Shown here in pieces: positions 13,330 through 26,692 of a DNA stretch of 64,000 nt. Both the position numbers and the translations under genes were made by a program. Under the pieces are notes generated by a model. The model was not told where the DNA came from and did not search any database. It was given only the letters and a program-made list of their open reading frames with translations. Numbering within the stretch: the stretch's first letter is position 1; each line of letters begins with the position of its first letter. Source of the stretch: Octopus sinensis (taxonomy: Eukaryota); assembly GCF_006345805.1 (NCBI RefSeq), contig NC_043005.1, positions 7,750,001-7,814,000 of the forward strand. The letters are read 5' to 3'.

Positions 13330-13688
13330 ATAAACTTAGATAAACTTAGATATGTTTCGACCAAAGATTGGTCCAGGCCATGTCTAACTTAATAGCACCA
13401 CCTGATAGGATTATTCGAATCCTGTTTAAGTCAAGTTTTGTTTATGGTCCATTCAAGTAGTGAGTTCTTGTTGGGTGAGTTGTATCCAATTATGGGTGGC
13501 TTAACTGGTATTCTTTGAAGGAATCTATCCAGACTCCGTTTAAAGTTGATGGGATCCTTTTCCTCTTTGATCTCCCTCGGGACAATGTTAAATAGGGCAG
13601 GGCCTGTTGATGAAAAGAAATTATGTTGCAGTGTACATGTATGCTGTGATCTTGAATTGGGCAGGGGACGTATGGCCCGTGGTCCCAA
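13330..13688 (-). mobile_element. CR1/L2-group LINE 3' fragment
   Basis: Minus ORF GPALFNIVPREIKEEKDPINFKRSLDRFLQRIP...GY...NSLLEW resembles CR1-group ORF2 C-terminus; 3' stem-loop GACCAA-TCT-TTGGTC and short tandem tail (GATAAACTTA)x2 on plus strand. Confidence 0.7.
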
Positions 13689-14064
13689 GAAAGAAAGAAA
13701 GAAAAAAAAAGAAAGAAAGCGCAGTATCCTTTTTACATTTTCAGAATTTTTACAATCAGGGTTTACACATTTGTTTTCAGAATTTTTACGATCGGGGCTT
13801 ACACATTTGTCTTCAGCATTTCATTATCTATTATATTTCGTAAATGTTACTTATAATAAAAGATATTTTGTTTGTCACGTTGAACTGAATATATTACTAT
13901 TTAAATTTTATTATTTGCCATATTGGAAGGAGACATTCCAGGTTCGCTCCAACTAAGAAAGAAGATGCTTTTATGTGTGAGAAATCTTATTTTTTGCTTC
14001 TCTTTGTTGTTATTGTTGCTGTTACTATTGCCGTTCTTGTTTAACTACGAGTTAATCCTGATCC

Positions 14065-14450
14065 GTGGAGGCGCAATGGCCCAGTGGTTAGGGCAGCGGA
14101 CTCGCGGTCGTAGGATCGCGGTTTCGATTCCCAGACCGGGCGTTGTGAGTGTTTATTGAGCGAAAATACCTAAAGCTCCATGAGGCTCCGGCAGGGGATG
14201 GTGGTGATCCCTGCTGTACTCTTTCACCACAACTTTCTCTCACTCTTACTTCCTGTTTATGTTGTACCTGTATTTCAAAGGGGCCACCCTTGTCACTCTC
14301 TGTGTCACGCTGAATATCCCCGAGAATTACGTTAAAGGTACACGTGTCTGTGGAGTGCTCAGCCACTTACACGCTAATTTCACGAGCAGGCTGTTCCGTT
14401 GATTCGGATCAACCGGAACCCTCGTCGTCGTAACCGACGGAGTGCTTCCA
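14065..14450 (+). mobile_element. tRNA-derived SINE, family A, full length
   Basis: A box TGGCCCAGTGG, B-box-like GGTTTCGATTCC; family consensus ending GGAGTGCTTCCA. Confidence 0.92.
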
Positions 14451-14609
14451 TGTAGGAGTACAATATCCAATGTACCCAGAGAGAGCCAGATTAAGTTCTG
14501 GTAGCATGTGATTATAACTCAGATTTCAATATAATTCAATCTTGATTTCTTCTATACACTGTTGCAATCCTTTGTTTTCTGAGTTCCAATTCTGTTGGAG
14601 TTGGACCTC

Positions 14610-14875
14610 GCTGACCTTTCTATCGCTACTATAATGGCTTCTGTTTCCTGGAGTTGGCTGGTCTCATTCTAATTCCATCCAGGAAGTACCGACTCACTCG
14701 TTTCTCCATCTCTAGTTGCCCTTGTTGCGTCCATCCCCTGCCAAAGCTCCGCGCTTCCCACTATAGCAAGGCGTTTCTCCCTAGAACATCGACTCACTGG
14801 AATCTTCTCGGTACTCCTGTCCATCCTGCTGGCTTGACTTGCAACAGTTTATATACAGCATTAACAGAATGAAGC
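14610..14875 (+). mobile_element. Decayed CR1/Jockey-group LINE ORF2 C-terminal fragment
   Basis: Translates to FYRYYNG...SHYSKAFLPRTSTHWNLL, like the FFPRTxxxWNxL motif at the end of CR1-type ORF2. Confidence 0.6.
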
Positions 14876-15619
14876 ATCACTGATATCGGAAGGTCTACAA
14901 TCATGTAGAAGCCTAATTGAGAAACCTACAAACAGGAAGTAAAATTTTAAAATATCTCACCTTGGTCAATTTTCTTTTTCGTCCCTGAAAAATCAATAAA
15001 ATAATATGCTACTCAAGTACTGAGGTCAATTTTATCGATTGTACTCTTTCCGTCAAACTGCAGGCCTTGTGTTTATGTTAGAAACTATTTTTAAAGTATA
15101 AAAGCCATCTCAATATGGCCAACCACAAAGTGGGGGTGTTACTGTAGCTATTTAGCCCCAGGAGATCGACGTCTCCAGCTGGCTTTAGACACACTATCTG
15201 TGCCCTTCAGGTAAGATTTTCTTTAAAAGGGAAAGACGATAGTTAGGCCGTGGTTATAACTAGAGATGTTAAAAAAAATAAAGAGAAAATTAAATAAAGA
15301 AAATAAAATTTCAAGTGCTGTTGGTAAGTGTTGAGAGTATTTTATGCAGTAATGGTTCCAAAAGATAAGTTTGGAAAGAATATTAACGGTAATCCAGAAG
15401 ACCTAAACATTTGAAGAAAAACATTTTAAAATCAATAATGGAAATATAGATTCTGTCATATTTAACAGAGCATTTTGTTTTACAGATGGATAACTGATAC
15501 ACATGCAAGTGTAAATAAATGGTAAATATACGCGGGTGCGCACGCACGCACATACACGTACATACACACTACATACGCGCATATACACACGTTCACATAC
15601 GCAAAAACACACACGTGTA

Positions 15620-16105
<486 letters not shown>

Positions 16106-17389
16106 TATAATCCTTTTTCCAACGAAAAAAATCCATTCTAAATTCGAAGAATGGCAATTACAGAGAACATTAGGTCGATTACACATAAAACAAGAAAAAA
16201 AAAATGAAATTCTTTCAAATTGAATTATTGATTTGATGAAACAATATCAACTGTTAAATGCATTTTAATGGCAAACAAAATCCAATGAAATAAAATAAAA
16301 TAATATAATGTGGAAAATATCGCTGTATCTAATAAGTTTAATTTCATGTGATAATAACCGGAAGATAAAACTCAAACTTCTATTGTTGTTGTTGTTATTG
16401 ATAATATTGTTATTGTTATTATTGTTGTTGAATAAAACCATCTCATATATCGAAAAAAGTGTTATTTCAGGAAAATGATTTTCGCTTTACTTTCTTTCTA
16501 TATTTTGTCTGAATTCTTTTGATGACGATTAGTCTCAAGCAGAACAAGAAGAAGGAAAGAAGGGAAAAGAGAAAGAAAGAAATAATAAAGATGATGTTAA
16601 AGAGAGGGAAAAAGAGAAAAAGATGAGTAACAGTGAGAAGAAGATATTCACATGTAATATAACCCAGAGCGAATATGTCTATGACAACATTTCACAGTGT
16701 TGGTGTGGTTTAAATAGAAACCGATCAGTTAAATGGCGCATAGCTTATTTTAGAATGAATTACAAGGTGTAAATCGTAGGTGTTCACTTATATACTTATT
16801 TAAAGGTGAAAATCTGAAATGTTAAATTGCTATTTGAAAATCTTAAAAATCATAAATGCTGTAGTATCAAACTGTTTTCGTTTTAAATTTTGGTATCTCT
16901 CGTTTTTGCTGAGAGATAACGACATGAAGGATGACGCATTCCTGCTTCAAAGCTAGTTTAAGTAATCGGTTCAACTTGTTAGTCTGATTATACTTTTGGG
17001 TAGTACACCTGTGAATTCCATCCATCTATTTGAACTCAGGACAGCAAGCTAGCGAAATTTTCCCATTTGCAGAACACAACACTCTCTTAACGGTCGAAGA
17101 TAACTGTTTGCAGTTAAGCAGAGTGGCTAAATAACGATTAACTCTTCTTAGAAATGGACACCAATGCAGTTTTGGTATCAATATTTAAATGGCCACTTCA
17201 TTTATTAAATAGGATGAGCAACTAGAGACTAGACATATTATATTCCATATATCATTTAATTAATATTATTAAATAGAAGTATAGGTATTTTTTCTTCCCC
17301 ATTAATTCACGTACGTGCGATTTATTACTTGGAATGTTACACTTTTCATCCATTTATGCGATAATATCTCCGTGCACAAATGTGAGGTG

Positions 17390-17431
17390 AATAATAATAA
17401 TAATGATAATAATAATAATAATATAATAATG

Positions 17432-17474
<43 letters not shown>

Positions 17475-17482
17475 TAATAATG

Positions 17483-17552
<70 letters not shown>

Positions 17553-17559
17553 TAATAAC

Positions 17560-17594
<35 letters not shown>

Positions 17595-17636
17595 TAATAA
17601 TAATAATAAAATAATAATAATAATAATAATAATAAC

Positions 17637-17670
<34 letters not shown>

Positions 17671-17712
17671 TAATAATAATAATAATATAATAATAATAAT
17701 AATAATAACAAC

Positions 17713-17744
<32 letters not shown>

Positions 17745-17754
17745 TAATAATAAC

Positions 17755-17817
<63 letters not shown>
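17390..17817. repeat. (AAT)n array, ~430 bp, with AAC/GAT variants
   Basis: Direct reading. Confidence 0.97.
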
Positions 17818-18258
17818 TCCTGCTATTTCTTACACTTTTCCAGATTATTCCCAACGGCAACTCTCATTACTTAAATATCTCATGTATTTAAAAAATATTA
17901 ATGTTAAAATATCGCTTTAACGGCCATTTGTAATCTGCTCCGCGTTATTAAAACTGATTTCTTTATTAGCCCCAAGTCCCCGTCTACCATAGCATATTAA
18001 GGATACTTTAATTTCAATATAATGCCTAATTTAAATACAGCAAGGTATAGTAAATGGGTGATCAAATAATACAGCATTTGTTGCTTTTTAGTTTCTTTGT
18101 TAATTCTAGCACTCGATATTACTTAAAAGTCAGATGGTCTGTTCAACTCATAGATCAGATGAAAGGCTTCTAAGATAACGGTGTGAGACAACCCCTGATG
18201 TTTTGCAATGTTTTGATCTATGCTGTACGTTACTGAGCTCAAATTTCCCGGTATCTAA

Positions 18259-18653
18259 TCTTTATATATAAAAGAGAGGTTGTGTGCTGTCTGTCTCCTA
18301 CGATTTAGATTCCTAACTACTCCCACATTTTGCGGTGCAGTTTAACCAAAACCGGGTATCTTATAGTCGTGATTCATATCGAGCCCTTCTGGGTATTAGC
18401 ACGCGTCTATGATGAGTCTACGATTAAAAAAAAAAAATACCATCAATTTTTCTCATTTTTAATGCATTTTTGGCATATATAAGGGAAGTAACTCTCTAAA
18501 AGTGTATTATTAAATCTCAGAACGTAAAAAGCTACAGTAACCCCACCCTTTGTGGTTAGCCATATTGAGATGGCTATTATACTTTACATCTCTAAAAATG
18601 CTTATATAGTTATTTCCCTTACAAACCCGAGCAACGCCGGGCGATACTGCTAG
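18259..18653 (+). mobile_element. Non-autonomous Helitron (~395 bp)
   Basis: A|TCTTTATATATAAAA...CCCGAGCAACGCCGGGCGATACTGCTAG|T. Confidence 0.88.
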
Positions 18654-19086
18654 TTCTATATAACCTGTTTCAGGAATATCTTGTTAAGAATCGCTATTAT
18701 ATTGAGATCAGAGCATTCGGCTATACACATAAACACACGTATATTGTAGTGCTGGATCGCTATCGTTTGACGATGAAAATACAGTTGTTCGATAAACTGA
18801 TATAGCTCCTCCTGAACTTTGATATATGTTTCCGAATATTCCACAGATATGGATGTCCAGGGTGTAATTCTCAAGTAGAAACAGTGTGACAAAAATCGAT
18901 GGCGTGCCTGTGCTTTTTGAATTATAGATATAATCCATCTAACGGGCTTCTATAGAATTTCCAATCAAAGCTCACTCTCAAGCCATAGACCGACCCCACC
19001 ACACAAACAAACATACACACACACACAAATACATACACATATGCACACACACACACACACACAAACACGCGCACACTCATGTATGT

Positions 19087-19117
<31 letters not shown>

Positions 19118-19293
19118 AACATGGTAACATGTAACAATATTGACCGAGGTTACCATGGTCTTTTCCGTAGGCTTTTCTTCCCACGGATAAACCTTATCTG
19201 CTCCCCCCTTTACACTTTACATCATGACACTGTGATACACGATCCCTATTGATTGTTTTTCTCTTTAGTTTCTTTTCCTATTTTTTCTTCTTT

Positions 19294-19365
19294 CCTCAAA
19301 AAAGAAAAGCTCTACTTTGTAATCTGTCCCGTCTGTGTGCAGCCCTGTGTGGCTAATAAAGAAAC
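19294..19365 (+). mobile_element. Family F retroelement tail, short copy
   Basis: AAAGAAAAGCTCTAC...GTGCAGCCCTGTGTGGCTAATAAAGAAAC followed by (TATC)n. Confidence 0.75.
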
Positions 19366-19366
19366 A

Positions 19367-19397
<31 letters not shown>

Positions 19398-19401
<4 letters not shown>

Positions 19402-19687
19402 TTTTTCCCTCTTCCCCTTTTTTCCCCTTTTTTCTTCTTTTTTCATTTCTCTTTTCTTTTGTTCCTTTTCCTTTTCTTTTTTTTATTTTAATTTTTTAAT
19501 TTTTTATTTTATTTATTTATTTTTTTTGGTTCTTTTCTTCCTTTTTACGATCCCTCTTGATCGAAAACCTACGCCACCCCTTTTTTTTTCTCTTTTGTTT
19601 TTTTTTGTTTTTTCATCCCCCAAAAGAAAAGCTCTACCTTGTAACTTGTCCCATCTGTGTGCAGCCCTGTGTAGCCAATAAAGAAAC
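19398..19687 (+). mobile_element. Family F retroelement tail (T-rich 3' UTR ending AATAAAGAAAC) between (TATC)n tracts
   Basis: Conserved GATCCCTCTTGATCGAAAACCTACGCCACC and terminal block shared with 45145-45352 and 46363-46564. Confidence 0.8.
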
Positions 19688-19697
19688 TTATCTATCT

Positions 19698-19791
<94 letters not shown>

Positions 19792-19901
19792 CACACACAC
19801 ACACAGACACACACACACATATACACACACATGTATCACCTTGTTGCTATGTTTGCAACATAATTTTGGTCATCATCAATTTATCTGGTGCACTAATACT
19901 T

Positions 19902-19998
19902 AGCAACAGGACCTCCGTAATGCTATGATGGACCGTGAAGTCTGGCGTAACATAGTAAATTTCATTGTCTCGACCACGGTCGAACAATGATGATGATG
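19902..19998 (+). mobile_element. RTE-like LINE extreme 3' tip with (TGA)n tail
   Basis: Encodes QQDLRNAMMDREVWRNIV; 7-bp TSD AATACTT at 19895-19901 and 19999-20005. Confidence 0.7.
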
Positions 19999-20339
19999 AA
20001 TACTTCAGCGTATGAATGACCCAATTTCCAAAAGTCTCCCTTAGAATGTAACGTAACAAAACAAAACACCGCAAGGAATTTTGTTCATCACATCATTATT
20101 AATTCTGTCATCTATTGGTCTACATAATTTATTGATACAGTATTTTCAAGGGATATCGTTACTAGAAATGATGGACGAATGTCTTGCCGATTTTTTTTAC
20201 ATTTTGAGTTAAAATCTCACGAGGGAAATCTCTTCTGTTAATATTTCTCTCCTAGTTGAAAATAATGGAACGTTGTGTTGTTGGTTTGTAACATAGACAG
20301 AAAACGATAGATTTAGGTGAACTGTAACGTCCATTACTA

Positions 20340-20393
20340 TGTGTGTATGTATGTATGTATGTATGTATGTATGTATGTATGTATGTATGTATG

Positions 20394-20427
<34 letters not shown>

Positions 20428-20475
20428 TGTATGTATGTATGTATGTATGTGTATATGTGTGTATGTATGTATGCA
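20340..20475. repeat. (TATG)n microsatellite
   Basis: Direct reading. Confidence 0.95.
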
Positions 20476-20519
20476 TACGTGCAAATTTGTATGTTTCGTT
20501 TTATGATGGTACACACATA

Positions 20520-20770
20520 TACTCTTTTACTTGTTTCAGTCATTTGACTGCGGCCATGCTGGAGCACCGCCTTTAGTCGAGCAAATCGACCCCGGGACTT
20601 ATTCTTTGTAAGCCCAGTACTTATTCTATCGGTCTCTTTTTGCCGAACCGCTAAGTGACGGGGACGTAAACACACCAGCATCGGTTGTCAAGCAATGCTA
20701 GGGGGACAAGCACAGACACACAAACACACACACACATATATATATACATATATACGACAGGCTTCTTTCA
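20520..20770 (-). mobile_element. SINE family C, 5'-truncated
   Basis: Reverse complement of family C 3' half with AGTAAAAG tail. Confidence 0.9.
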
Positions 20771-21419
20771 TATATATATCAACAATATTAATATCTATAT
20801 AAATAATCGCTTCTGAATATTTTGCTGCTAATTAGTACTTTTCACACTGAGGCTATCCGCATTTTGGCGCTAAGTAATCCAGGAGGCCAGCAGATTTCAA
20901 CGTGGGGCGTTGGGAAGGAGTTTCAAAGGATTTGTTGGGTATTTGTTGAGAGATGGAATATGGAAGATATGAGAATCTTTAAGGATCACTACAATTGTTT
21001 CGATCCATCTAGCGTCGATCCCACGCAGGTGGGATTCTAAACATCTGGTTTAGGTGTATCCATCAGTGTAGATGTGTCTCCTCAGATGATTTCAGTAGGT
21101 ATCTCGTTAAAATAAACACTGTTTCGCAAGATTTCTTCTTGGTCTTCGTATATAGAAGTGGTAAATTAAGGTATACAGCTTCATTCTTATAACAAATATC
21201 AGATGCAGATCCATAACAAATATCAGATGCGAAAAGAAACAAATAGACAATACCGCAAAGATTGTATTAGATATAACCTTTAGTTGATATGGATGTACAA
21301 AAGTCCACACAAACTAATACTTTTTTTCGCCGTATTGTGTATTTGATTCTTTCATGCATGTATGTGTACACGATGTCATCGATTCCAGTAGTTTTAAAGT
21401 CGGGTACTGCTTTTAAGTA

Positions 21420-21663
<244 letters not shown>

Positions 21664-21889
21664 GTCGTAGAGTGGGCTCGAATATGTACCCATCTGGTTG
21701 TACATCGAACTTCCTTATTATACAGCTAAATGTAAAAAAGCAGCTTAGCTATCCAATATTTAGCCAAATAATAATGAAGAAAATTTTATGAAATTATATG
21801 GTAACGAATTGAAATTTCAACTTTGGTTTTCAAGAAAATTCCTATATAAATTTTAAGCAGTTTTAATTGTTTAATTATACTTTATGTTA

Positions 21890-22120
21890 ATTAGATGTTA
21901 TTAAAAACACTCTGCAAATCCTGTTATTTGGTTTCCATTCCTGAATGTATGGATTTCCAAAACTTGAAAGCTAATGAACATCGCAGATTCTTAGGATCAA
22001 AGATTTATATTTGAGCCTCTCTTTAAATCATCGATGTTGCGTCTAGGTGGTTGCGAAGCGAACTTGAACTTTCAGCTACAATGCACCAAATCTGCGTTGT
22101 TAGGAGGTCAATAACCATAT
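21890..22120 (-). pseudogene. Possible decayed Tc1/mariner-superfamily transposase C-terminal relic
   Basis: Minus translation with stops gives PPNNADL...RRNIDDLKR, reminiscent of WPPNSPDLN...N.DDLK; no TIRs identified. Confidence 0.3.
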
Positions 22121-24687
22121 GAATTCTCAGGTGTATCTTTATTTTTGCTCCTCTGTTTGTGACGAAATATTACGTTACTAAGGGTTTTACTAGTCAGTGG
22201 AGGAGAGACAATACGGTCGCTCAGTCTACTAGAAAGCAATTCTTCCTTACATAGCATCCTACGTTTTTAAACAATAGCACACTGAAAAACATCTTTCTAG
22301 ATAAAACCACGTACGCACGCACGCGCACACGTACACACATATCATTTTCTCTCTCTGTCTCTCTGAAAATTAGGTAATTAGACTCAAATAATTGCCTTGC
22401 CCTGTCTGTGTTTTAAACATTATCATACAATAAACAATTGTAAGATGAAATAAATTGGTTTGCCACGAGGAAAAGAAAACTTGTGACGTTTTAGGCAGTT
22501 CCATTTCTGAAATGTTAAACATTTTCTTTTATCACGGAAATCAATTTAATCCCCTTTTGAACTGTTTATGACCACTAATTGCTAATACAAACCATAACTA
22601 GTTTCTTCAGTTCCTGCAATTTATTTTATTCTCCAACTATAGCATCATTTTAATTGAACGAATGACTTGCATGAGACAATCGTTATTATCAGCTTAAAAT
22701 GTGGCCTGTATGTTATTACTGTTATTGTTGGTTGACTTTCAGTCAACGATGAGTGAGCAAACCTATATGATCATATCAGTCATGTCCATCTCACCTTTTC
22801 CCCCCAGACACAGTATATCAAAGGTCACATCATCTCATGAGCTTCTCTTTTCTACGACAGTAGGTGTAGTGTATGAGAGATTCAGCTGCTATTTCTTGTA
22901 AATCAACGTTCATGTAGAAGCTTCTCGATGGTTTGTTTGTGGTCAATCAGTTGGGATTGCTGGCAACTCAGCTTTAATGCCTTCATTATAGTCGTCTAGA
23001 AAAAATCCTATATTAAGCATGCAATGTCTAAATAAAGTTAAAGGGAGATTAAAATGTAATTGCAAATTAGTAATGCAATGTGGCGTAAACGAATCCAATG
23101 ATCCATTCTTTGAATGTTAAAAAGAATGATAATTATAAACAGTAGAATAAAATCTGTCGAGGTTTTATTTAAGATTGTCTCTAGGTGTATAATTTTACAG
23201 TCTGCAAATCAAAAGAATATATAAGTATATGATAATGAAGGTATTTCTATGATGATTCCTGTGGACGAGATAACTTTAATTATTTCTGAAAATTAGAATT
23301 ACCCGGAGGAGAAATAAAATAATATTCTTACTAGCCAGTCAAGCGATCAAACAACCAAATTTTACTCAAATCAAAATATAAAACAAGAAATATAAACGCT
23401 GACTGAAGACCAAGCTTAATCGTAGTCGAAAAGGTTCGATGTAATACAAAGCTTGAGTTGACAGCTGTTCAAGTTGATAATGTATCACGAGAACATCCTT
23501 AAACAAACAAACAAACCGACATTAATAGCAACCACAAGACTATAAAAGCAAAAGAAAACGAAACATAAAACTCAAATCATTGAGAATAGAGTTTCTCAAT
23601 GCAGGCAGAAATATAGTGATAACGGTCTGTTTGTTATCCAAGAAAAAAAGAGCCAAATTACGATATTGTTTGTCGAACGACCTTCGCCAACTACGGAATC
23701 ACATCTTTGGCAATGTATAGATTAGAAAAACAATGCAGCACCATTAGAATTTTGCCGAAAGAGTTATTTGCTTGTTTTCATAGTGTTCAGCAGCAATTAA
23801 GAGACGAAGAAATATATTCAATCAAACGCTTGTTTCCTTGTTGAGCTAATAAGGTTTTCTAAATAAAATAGTTTGTTAATTAAGGAATAACCTTATACGG
23901 TATAGAATAACAGCCTAGGGTTATCTAAAGGTTCTGTTAATCGTGGTGGAGATGGTAATGGTTGCATGGTGTAGAAAAGAGCAGATGGAAAAATATCTAT
24001 TCAAAGAACTAGTCAAAAGACTCAATGCAGAAGATACTAGCTAAGATAATATATTCAGTGCTGTTGCTTGATAATTTCATCAAGAAAAAACATCAAACGT
24101 CTAAATACACCGAATATATAAATAGAACCTGGATAAATATTTAAATGTTGATTTTCTAAATTGATAGAAAATATAGAAAAGGGATATGAGTGTATGTGAC
24201 GTTTATGCCTCGCTAAAGAATATTTATGATGTAAACGGAAATGCCCCAAACCAAAATTATTTTGCCGAAAGCGCATTCAATGATACCTAGTCCCTGCTAG
24301 AATGCGCGGAATATTATTTCTTATATGGAGTTTGAAATTTTTAAGAGTAGAGAAGTGAGATGATTTCATTTCATCTGAGACTCAAACAAGAAAATGCCTC
24401 ACTCGTAAAATATTAAATAAAAAAAATATTATGAAAAGATTTGCTGGATTACAGCAAACGACAAAGCATTAAAGAGGTGGGAGATATTTTGAGTACTAGG
24501 GTCGAATTGCAAGCACACAAGAAACTAGACACGTTTAGGCTGTGAATAATTAATCTTCGATTTAAAAAGTTCATAATTATGAAACTTAAATTAAATTATC
24601 AAATATATTTATGTGTGTGTTTACGGGTGTTTCCATGCGTGTGGGTATGCGTGCGTGTAAATATGTGTGTATGTGTGTGTGTACATA

Positions 24688-26203
24688 TGACGTAGTATCA
24701 GAACATTCCCAGACTAGTTCTGTAGCGCGCCAACATATGAAAGCACACGGTCGCGAGTGCAGAAAGTGATCTTTATAATGCAGTGTCCTGCGTGAGATCG
24801 CTGTGTTTACTTCGGAAGTTGTGAAATTTGTGTTTTTGTGATCATGTGTATGTTAAAGTTTGCGATTTTGTCATGGACAAGAAGTTGGACCAAAGAGCCA
24901 AGGTGAAATTTTGCGTTAAACTCGGGAAGCCTGCTACAGAGACATTGAGCACGCTTTGGAAAGCTTACGGCGACGAGGCAATGCATTTCTTTACTACCCA
25001 CAAAGGGGCTAAACATAGAGGGGACAAACAAGGACAGACGAAGGGATTGAGTCGATTATATCGACCCCAGTGCGAAACTGGTACTTTACTTATCGACCCC
25101 GAAAGGATGAAAGGCAAAGTTGACCTCGCGGAATTTGAACTCAGAACGTAACGCAGACGAAATACCGCTAAGCACTTCGCCCGGCGCGCTAACGTGTCTG
25201 CCAGCTCGCCGCCTTAGGCAATGGGTTGTATGCAATGTTTCGAGTGACGCGGGCGCTTCAAAAGCGGAAGAACGTTTCAGGGAGATGATAAGCCCCCTGG
25301 AAGACCTGTTACGAAAGTCAGCCCCGGAAATGGGGAGAAAAAATTCATCAGTTTGTGCATGAGGATCGTCGGAAGAGAATGAACGACATTGCAAATGTTG
25401 TTGGGTCTGTCGTAAGGGCCCGCGCAGGCTATCCTAACGTCTGAATTGAACATGCAGTGTGTCTCTTCCAAGTTTTCCCGCCCCCGCCTTCTAACCACTG
25501 AGCAGAAAGAACATCGCGTCGAAGTCTGATAAAATCTCCGTTAGCGTTGCCACTGATGCCCCATCCTTCATGTCGAGGATCATCACCGGTGACGTGGGTT
25601 GGGTCTACGGGTACGACCCTGAGACGAAGCAGCAGTCGTCACAATTAAAGAGGCCTTTATCTCCACTACCGAAGAACGCACGACAGAGCCGCAGCTTAAC
25701 CCTATTTATGCTCATTGTGTTCTTTCCGACATTTGCGGTCTTATGTTTCGAGAATTCGTCCCCCAGCACCAGAACTTCAATCGAGAGTTCTACTGCGACA
25801 TTTTGAAGCGGTTGAGGGAGCGCGAAAAATTGGATTCTTCAGGACGACAATGCACCCAGTCACTGAGTTCTCCTCACTCGTGAGGTTTTCGTTGAAAACA
25901 ACATGGTATCACTCTCGCACCTGCCGTATTCGCCACATTTGGCACCTGTAGACTTCTATGTTTTCCCGAAGACGAAAAGGCAGCTCATAGGTTGCCGTTT
26001 TAACACAGTTGTCGAGATCCAGGGCGAATCGTAGAAGGTCTTCAACTTACTTACGGAAACCGACTTCCAAAAGTAACGGGAACGATGGGACTTGTGAATT
26101 TCTGCGCAAGGTGACTATTTCGAAGGAGAGGAAGTTAAAAATTAGGTAAATAAGTTATTTATATTAAAAATAACTAGCCCGGGAGCTTTTTGATACAACC
26201 TCG
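24688..26203 (+). mobile_element. Mariner DNA transposon, full length but pseudogenised, interrupted by a SINE
   Basis: Imperfect ~31-bp TIRs flanked by TA (24686-24687, 26204-26205); decayed motifs MDKKLDQRAKVKFCVKLGK, IITGDVGWVYGYDPETKQQS, QDDNAP, HLPYSPHLAPVDF. Confidence 0.92.
24984..25215 (-). mobile_element. tRNA-derived SINE, family D, inserted in mariner
   Basis: Family D consensus; 8-bp TSD AGGCAATG at 24976-24983 and 25216-25223. Confidence 0.92.
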
Positions 26204-26585
26204 TATACAAAGAGGCTCCGTTTACGGATAAACTACCACAAAGCCCCCAGACCTAATACTGCTCAGATGGCAATTGATTTCCATTGATTTCACTTGTAAA
26301 GGAATACTTGAAATTGTCATAGTTTCTGGTCTCTTTCTACAGCCAGCAGAGATAGATAGATAGACAGAAAGAAACAAAGAACTAAAGGAAGGAGAAGTAA
26401 TGATTTATAAATGTCAAACCTCGTAAAGTAAATTATATTCTTTCTTATAAATTGAAATTAAATTCATTTCAGTTATTTCTTAGCTTTTATTCCTCTTAAA
26501 CGGATTATCAAAAAGCAGTTAAAAAAGGGATAAAATTTATGCAACGAACAATATCATTTCTGTAAGAAAAGTAAAACAATTCCAC

Positions 26586-26602
26586 GTACTTGCATCGGCA
26601 GT

Positions 26603-26642
<40 letters not shown>

Positions 26643-26692
26643 GGCCCCTGCGCAAGGATGACACGCAAATTCGTGAAGCGTTCCATATTTTT
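26586..26692 (+). ncRNA. U6: Full-length U6 snRNA copy (probable retrocopy)
   Basis: 107 nt matching canonical metazoan U6 from CATATAC through ACAGAGA box to TTCCATATTTTT; 5' stem keeps pairing through an A-T for G-C swap; no TATA at about -30. Confidence 0.95.

Noticed and set aside
13355-13385. Minus GACCAA-TCT-TTGGTC-GAAAC as a hammerhead half
   Set aside because: No CUGANGA; better explained as the 3' stem-loop of the CR1-group LINE just before its tandem tail.
13740-13811. 36-bp tandem duplication of CRISPR-repeat-like length
   Set aside because: Two adjacent units, no spacer, eukaryotic context.
14065-14140. tRNA-like heads of SINE families as tRNA genes
   Set aside because: A/B boxes present but no complete acceptor stem, and each continues into a SINE body.
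26586-26692. Functional U6 gene
   Set aside because: Not excluded, but no TATA at about -30 and direct fusion to a retro-tail favour a retrocopy.
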